A stretch of DNA of 55,980 nt, counting the filler, from Sphacelaria rigidula (taxonomy: Eukaryota): the NCBI GenBank assembly GCA_964200075.2. It is 5 parts of 5 records of this genome, joined end to end, with 100 filler letters (N's around TTAATTAATTAA, not from the genome) between each part and the next. Parts side by side here need not be neighbours in the genome. Positions count along the whole stretch, not along the records: positions 44,867 to 55,980 come from CAXNAA020005369.1; 4 more parts are not named here. One strand, given 5' to 3'. Made by a program: the position numbers and the translations under genes. Of this stretch, positions 50,363 through 55,980 are shown in pieces; position 1 is the first letter of the stretch; every line of letters begins with the position of its first letter. A model generated the notes under the pieces. It was not told where the DNA came from. It worked only from the letters and a program-made list of their open reading frames with translations, and searched no databases.

Positions 50363-53289
50363 GAGCTGGGCCAGCCTAAAAACGGAGTTGAGCTCTAAAT
50401 TCACCGAATTCGTCATCTATCCCGAGATGTGGGCGCACATACGTTTCTATACTAGAATCAATATATTACGCGCAAAGGCACTAGATGCCTTAAATCTGGA
50501 TATCGCGTCTCAGGTTTTGAGAGTTCCATAAAATTTCGTATGGTGAACCGTAGTGCATAATAGAAAACAAGAGCAGCTTGGTACCTGGACCTTCATTTTT
50601 TCTTTTTCATGAAGGTTAGGGCGTCATCGTGAAGAAATGGTCTTTACCATACTAAAACACCCCTCAGACAGTGAAAAAATGAAGAAAAACTGACCCACCG
50701 AGTTTTGTTAACTATGCCCGGGTGAGGGCCACACAAAATTTCAATACATAAGAACCAAACGTGGGCCGGTGAGTGGCCTGCGAAATAATGTTCCGAATTT
50801 CTATCGACCCGGTTTTTTAAGAACGAATGCGCCGGCCAGTATTTATTCAAAGTTGGAGCGTCAAATTTGATATGGACATTGCATAGGGCGAAAAATATTT
50901 TTGGAAAGAAGCACAAGTTGTTTTCCGTGAGTTAAGGGCAATGATCAGTTTTCAGGTATCAGTAAAACGCCCTTGACTCACAAAAAAAACTTTGGTGCTT
51001 CTTTCCAATTTTTTTCTCGTGCAGTATGCACTGTCCACAACAATACTGGCCGGCGCATTCGCCTGCAAACTTCCACTCCGCCTCTAGGCTGGCCCAGGTC
51101 GTACATATATGAATATTTTTCATAGTCACGGGCCTCTTTATCTACAGTAGGAAGAAGAAGCACCGCGTGAGGGATGGTTAATTCATGTTTTCGTCCTCTG
51201 CCCCGTCTGCTCTTGTTCTTTGCCGCGAAAACTGCAGTCAACACCAACGATGCTTTCTACGGCGTCGACTCGGTCACACTACCCACGGATGGATCGGTCA
51301 AGCGATTCGCGCCGGCCTTCGATGCTGGTGAGATGACGAATCATCGTGTGTGTGTGTTGTGTTGCACTTGCTCTACGCAGGCGAGAAAATATTGACCGCG
51401 AGTATCTCCCATCGCCGGCCGCGCGAACAAGTTGTCTTTCTCATTCACTCATGCACAAGGATGTCGGTTGACAGGGTTTGAACCCCTTGACAGACTGTCA
51501 AGCACCAATTGCCTGTCTTGACAGCCTTGACAGTGTAACGCCTGACCATATAGCTGAAACCCGAAACGCCATTTTTTTTCGGCCATGTTTTCCGAGCAAA
51601 TGCGGTACATTTTGACGAATCATGCTAGATCAGCCCTGATTATGCTGGCATTATGGTCGTATGCTAATTCGGGCAAAAAAGACGAATTATGTGACAAATT
51701 ATGCCGGCGCACAGGACTCTAGACCTAGTTGTGTGAAAGGAAAAATAAGGGCTTCTACAGAGATGAATAGGCGTTATTTACCCCGGGGACAGAGGATGTT
51801 TTGTCTTGACGACGCCAAACGCCTTGAAAGGCTTGACAGCTTGACAGCTTGACGTCAACCGACATCCTTGCTCATGCATGCGTGTGTTCTATTTGCATGC
51901 ATGAGGGTGTTCTATTTTGTCAGTCGGTACAAAATGGCGAAATCGGGAGTGTCATCCATCGTAGGCGTGTATGAGCCACAATTTATCGTCCATGAACCAC
52001 AGTCATCCCACATACAAGCGTGAATTCGAGTGTGGCACCATGGGTGGCCACTGGGATGCCTGTAACCTCAAATTTGGACGTTGCAGACCTTGTGCAACGT
52101 CTGCAACGTCCAAATTTGAGGTTGCAGGCACCCCAGTGGCCACCCGTGACTGTTGAGTACGTTGACTGCGACGTTTCAGTTGTGGCGACGCTGTCTGTCG
52201 CTCAATTTGTGAGGTATGCGTATGTCGATACACCCCGTGGATCTACAGTCTTTCACAACGAGCGGGTGACGTCTGCGAGTCGACGTGATGGGAAAAAAAA
52301 TGGGAAAGGAGACGAGGACGAGAGGGGCAGGGGGGTTGTTTTTCGCCCTTTACGAAACTACCGCGACCTTGGGGTCAATTCCGAGGTACAGAACTCCCGT
52401 AGAGCCCCTCCAGCCGTAGGATGACCGAACAAAGAATTGTAATGAAAACTTGCCACATCTGGGGTGAGTGATGCTCTTGGCCCTTGATAAGAGGAGAAAC
52501 TCGCGCATCCTGGGAAAGGAATTTCTATCTGATACATGATTCATTCGCGGACCACGTGCTGCTGATGGTCGTGCACATGTGAAGAAACCAGGGCTGTACA
52601 CGTTACACGTTCACGTTCACGTTACGTTCATCACGTAAAAAAAATCAACGTTCACCTTACGTGACGTATGTCACGTGAAAAAACCCCAACGTTACGTAAA
52701 CGTTACATTTTGAAAAGTTAACGTTACCTTCACGTTACGTTCGTGACGTGAAAGAAATTTAACGCTCACGTTACGTTTCGGCCAAAGCGTGACGTGAACG
52801 TAACGTGTAACGCTATGGCACGTGTAACGTGTATAGCCCTGGAAGAAAGGCACCGACCGACATACAGCTATTGTTTTCAACAAGTTCTACACTGAGCCTT
52901 TACATGCATGTACACCGAAAAGTGCAGACCGGCGCCCAGAATAGACGGGACGACAACACACACGCACGAGGTTGCCCATGTAGCTTGTACAGAAACTAAG
53001 GACCGTTCGATGAAATACACACACGTCCAGAGTATATCGATTCGAGACTGATCTTCACCTTGCACCCTCTTTTCACTAAATCCATGCAGGGACCGAGGCG
53101 AACAACGAGCTATGCAGCCACATTCCCGGCCCGGCGTGTGATATGGAAAGCGGCAACCTGGAGGCTACGGAGGGCGGAGAGGAAATGATCCACACCCAGA
53201 GGGGTGTGCACGGCATTGGGAATCTAACCGCGGCTGACTACGACTGGAGGAACCCCGTGGCCGAGGTCTTTGTCCAACTGCAAGATTGA
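46320..53289 (+). CDS. secreted single-domain spondin (Spondin_N-like) protein, 225 aa, complete
   Basis: Six GT-AG, phase-consistent exons: 46320-46403, 47350-47415, 49158-49241, 49957-50110, 51238-51327, 53090-53289 (678 nt, ATG to TGA). Signal peptide MTRFTAGFALTAAAVLGLANSA; motifs NLTYLQPFSPPVVVAH, MAENGD, GMLVNTNDAF, FDAGTEANNE, YDWRNPVA. Confidence 0.92.
48281..48347. repeat. 27-bp tandem repeat, about 2.5 copies
   Basis: CAGCGGTGTC(G/A)CACAATT(G/A)AACGGGCG repeated. Confidence 0.85.
50122..50177. repeat. (GT)n microsatellite
   Basis: Directly visible; similar tracts near 4840-4865 and 37342-37377. Confidence 0.95.
50362..51101. mobile_element. Tc1/mariner-like MITE (740 bp) at a (TA)n tract
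   Basis: TA|CGAGCTGGGCCAGCCTAAAAACGGAGT...ACTCCGCCTCTAGGCTGGCCCAGGTCG|TA; about 27-bp imperfect TIR with TA flanks. Confidence 0.82.
51456..51870. mobile_element. hAT-type MITE (415 bp)
   Basis: Perfect 17-bp TIR CAAGGATGTCGGTTGAC; perfect 8-bp TSD CTCATGCA (51448-51455, 51871-51878); subterminal CTTGACAG repeats. Confidence 0.93.
52039..52148. repeat. 110-bp near-perfect palindrome (intronic hairpin or tiny TIR element)
   Basis: CATGGGTGGCCACTGG...GGACGTTGCAGAC pairs with GTCTGCAACGTCC...CCAGTGGCCACCCGTG. Confidence 0.88.
52589..52841. mobile_element. hAT-type MITE (253 bp) made of ACGT-core repeats
   Basis: TIR CAGGGCTGTACACGTTACACG / CGTGTAACGTGTATAGCCCTG; 8-bp TSD GAAGAAAC/GAAGAAAG (7 of 8). 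Confidence 0.88.
52905..52967 (+). mobile_element. SINE family A 3' fragment
   Basis: accgaaaagtgcagaccggcgcccagaatagacgggacgacaacacacac is the reverse complement of the family tail region. Confidence 0.65.
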
Positions 53290-54184
53290 GCTGGAGGAAT
53301 GATTGAGCTTGGAACCTCGCCGCGGAAAGTAACAATCGGTTCCAACAGTCAGTTCCAACAGTGCTGCTTGTAGTTGTAGACATGGTGAGAGTGATTGTGG
53401 CGCGCACGGCTCGAAGCTTGGTTCAACCTCCGTAGAGATCCATACTGGGAGCGCGGCAACCGACACCGTTTGCGGTGCATTTGCAAGCATGAGTAGCGAG
53501 TCAGGGCTGCTCTGAGCTTTGCGGGGCGGGGACGCGTCCGGTGGGGAAGGAGGCACCACATTGATTTTGCAGATTCGTGCTTCCCTAGGGGGTTTGATTA
53601 GGTGGTGATATATGTGCATGGCGTTGGCGTTGGCCACGGCACTCTATCGGCGTTTGACGCGGGGTCTCTGGAGCTGAGCATGAATTTCATGTAGTCGCAG
53701 GCTTGCCGTGGGTAGTATTTTGTATGTGGGGAGGATGAGTGTTCGGGTGTATTGCAAGTGTGCACCTTTCTTCGTTTTTCCCGGTTATTTGTTCAATCTG
53801 TTTCATTTATAGGCCGGCCGACGCAGACGGCGATGACTACTGCCACACGTTATGGTACGCGTAGCGTTGTGGCTCGGAAGGATTATTTCTAACGTGTAAT
53901 GAAGGTGCCGGGGCCTCTTGACATTCAGATGACGAAGGGGGGGAAAAGATTAGTCAATTACTTCTTGACTCGTTTCATTTCCGACGGAAACAAGAAGAGC
54001 TCATGCTTCTGCTCTTTGGTTTTCCCGTAACTTTTGTCTCATTTCCGTATACGATGAACCATCGGGGTGTTCTTGAACGCTTCTTTTACCCGAGTTTTGC
54101 CGAGTTTTGCTAGTATTTCTGCTCTCTTGGTTTGAATAAGTGATATTAGAATGGGTGATTTTAACAAAATTGTATCGACTATAC

Positions 54185-54281
54185 TTAGGAATAGCAGGGA
54201 CGGTATTGGAAAGGCGAACCTACGTCTGTGACCACGGGTTCGCGAGATCGGACTAATGTGCGGAAATAATAGTAATAATAA
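54185..54281 (+). mobile_element. probable non-LTR retroelement 3' end with (TAA)n-like tail
   Basis: Homologous to 40185-40285; ends AATAATAGTAATAATAA. Confidence 0.5.
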
Positions 54282-54399
54282 CACTTGTCTGCTACCGCTT
54301 TACTGGCGCTGAGATTCTCTTGATGGAAAGTGAACCTCTCGCAATTTCGAAGATCTCGCTCACGTGTCGGGGCCGGAGCCCGTACTTTGGTTTATCGGG

Positions 54400-54543
54400 A
54401 AGTACTTTTTGCTGACGTACCCACGTTCTCGACGGTGGAAATCAGACGCTTGGAAAGAAGGAACCCAACACATGGGGAATCGAACCCGACTTCTTTTCAA
54501 CCTAATGGGGACAGTCCGACCACTACACAACCGTGACGCGGCA
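54400..54543 (-). mobile_element. tRNA-derived SINE family B (5' part; 3' extent uncertain)
   Basis: Minus strand GCGTCACGGTTGTGTAGTGGT (A box)...GGGTTCGATTCCC (B box); no proper acceptor stem; body similar to the 11.4-11.5 kb copy. Confidence 0.62.
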
Positions 54544-55595
54544 GTAGAGTGCCAGCGAAGGAAAAAGAAGAGGGTTCCTCAGTGCACCCACGGGGTGTTT
54601 TGAGCTGTCCTCTTGATCCGAAAGGTGACGAACCGATGTGTCACGTTTGTTGTTATCGTTCCGATATGTACGCAGTACTCTGTACTGGGCACCTGACGCG
54701 GACACGTTCCGTGCTCACAGGCTAACGACCCCGATATGTGGGGTAAAAGAAAGTCGGAAAAAAAATCGGACCACGAAGATATTCACACAGACGCGGTACA
54801 AGAGGAACATGAAAATAGATGAAGCAAAAAAAGGAAAAAGGTTGACCACGGATTTTCGTCCATATAATACATGGTATGACGGTGCCAGTGGGCATCCACA
54901 TGTAATTGCATCAAAGACTTGCCTTGCTGACACCTTGGCACACGCGCAATACGGGCGATAGCTCGCCATAACAATGCCAACGTGAGGCCGTTCTAAAAAA
55001 CACCCAAGAAACATGTGAATTTTCAGCGTTGTGTTACAGAATAATAAGGTATGTCGCCTGAATATTCATGAGGTCTCTAGGCACAGTACCCGTACATGGG
55101 GATGATTTTGTAGTGAATTATATCTTTTGCGCGGAGCGCGATAATTGCAGAGCGTTCAAGATCGGCGCCCGGAAAACTCTGAGGACCCATTTAACATCAG
55201 CAGAAGAAGTGAATCATGGGACATGTCCTGTTTCGTTGTACTGCAGCACACACACGCTCATGTCCGCTCTCATATGTGCTGCTGCTATCACCGTTCCGTG
55301 GTGTGTTTAGACCTTTCGAAGATGGTTTGGTATCCGCTGAGATTGCCTGAGGTATTGCGTGTTTGTGTTCGTCTTTCTGTAAAATACCACACATCAGCCG
55401 GGACGCAGTGCGGTCTACACACTTGACTGTTGGAAACTTTATGTTATCCGGACCCATAACTTGCGCGATGCCAAATAAGGCTGAGTAAAGACACACACCT
55501 TACGAAGATTATAATTCTCCGGGTTCTCATCCCCCCCCAAAATCTATCCCCAATTTGTAAAATCAGGTGTTCTAATGAGACACTCTCTACGATAG

Positions 55596-55890
55596 CTCCG
55601 CCCCGAAAACAGTCCAAAATTGTCTCGAAGAAAATGGTCACACAACGCCTGATGTTCGGGTTCAGGCTGCATGAAGCGCCGCATATGAGTGACATCGGCG
55701 AAAACGAACCCAAGCGTACGAATTCCCAGCTGCTCGTTGTGCTCGGCCTTTTCCATGTCATTTTTTTCTCCATGAACCCCTTCCTCTAGACTCTTGGGAT
55801 GACGTCTGGTGGCAACGGCGCTGTAAAGAAAGCCACCAGAACCTACTGTAGACATGAAATGTACAGTCTGTCAACATACAGTACCTGTAT
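55596..55890. repeat. unclassified dispersed repeat X, longest copy
   Basis: Left part matches 22278-22334 and 35742-35912; right part (ctctagactcttggg...cggcgctgt...aagccacca.aaccta) matches 10232-10330. Confidence 0.75.
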
Positions 55891-55980
55891 CATGAACCAC
55901 CACCAGAAAAAAAAAAAACCCGCATCGACAAACACAAACACCATGTAAAAACCCTAATTACCCACCTTCTCTCCCCCCCC

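Overview
Eukaryotic, intron-rich, repeat-rich DNA, most consistent with a stramenopile such as a brown alga (inferred from gene content and splice style, not proven). The window is not one locus. It is five pieces of 11117, 11117, 11116, 11116 and 11114 bp joined by identical artificial 100-nt N...TTAATTAATTAA...N linkers, which looks like size-sorted unplaced contigs, so adjacency across linkers means nothing. I reconstructed three spliced protein genes by hand. (1) A 5'-incomplete ZSWIM2-like SWIM-RING-ZZ-RING E3 ligase (12386-19457, +). (2) A 3'-truncated ubiquitin-specific protease with an unusual N-terminus: membrane anchor, PWWP/Tudor-like segment and two IQ motifs (41971-44551, +). (3) A complete 225-aa secreted single-domain spondin-like protein (46320-53289, +). 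Mobile DNA dominates the rest: an internally deleted Ty1/copia element with both LTRs and TSD, two tRNA-derived SINE families, and MITEs with hAT, Mutator, Tc1/mariner and piggyBac signatures. There are also unclassified dispersed repeats, a minisatellite and microsatellites. The best novelty candidates are the IQ-motif deubiquitinase, the 72-102 bp TTAA micro-transposons, an intronic hairpin, and a decayed antisense PHD fragment next to a conserved hairpin module. I found no CRISPR array, rRNA or bona fide tRNA.
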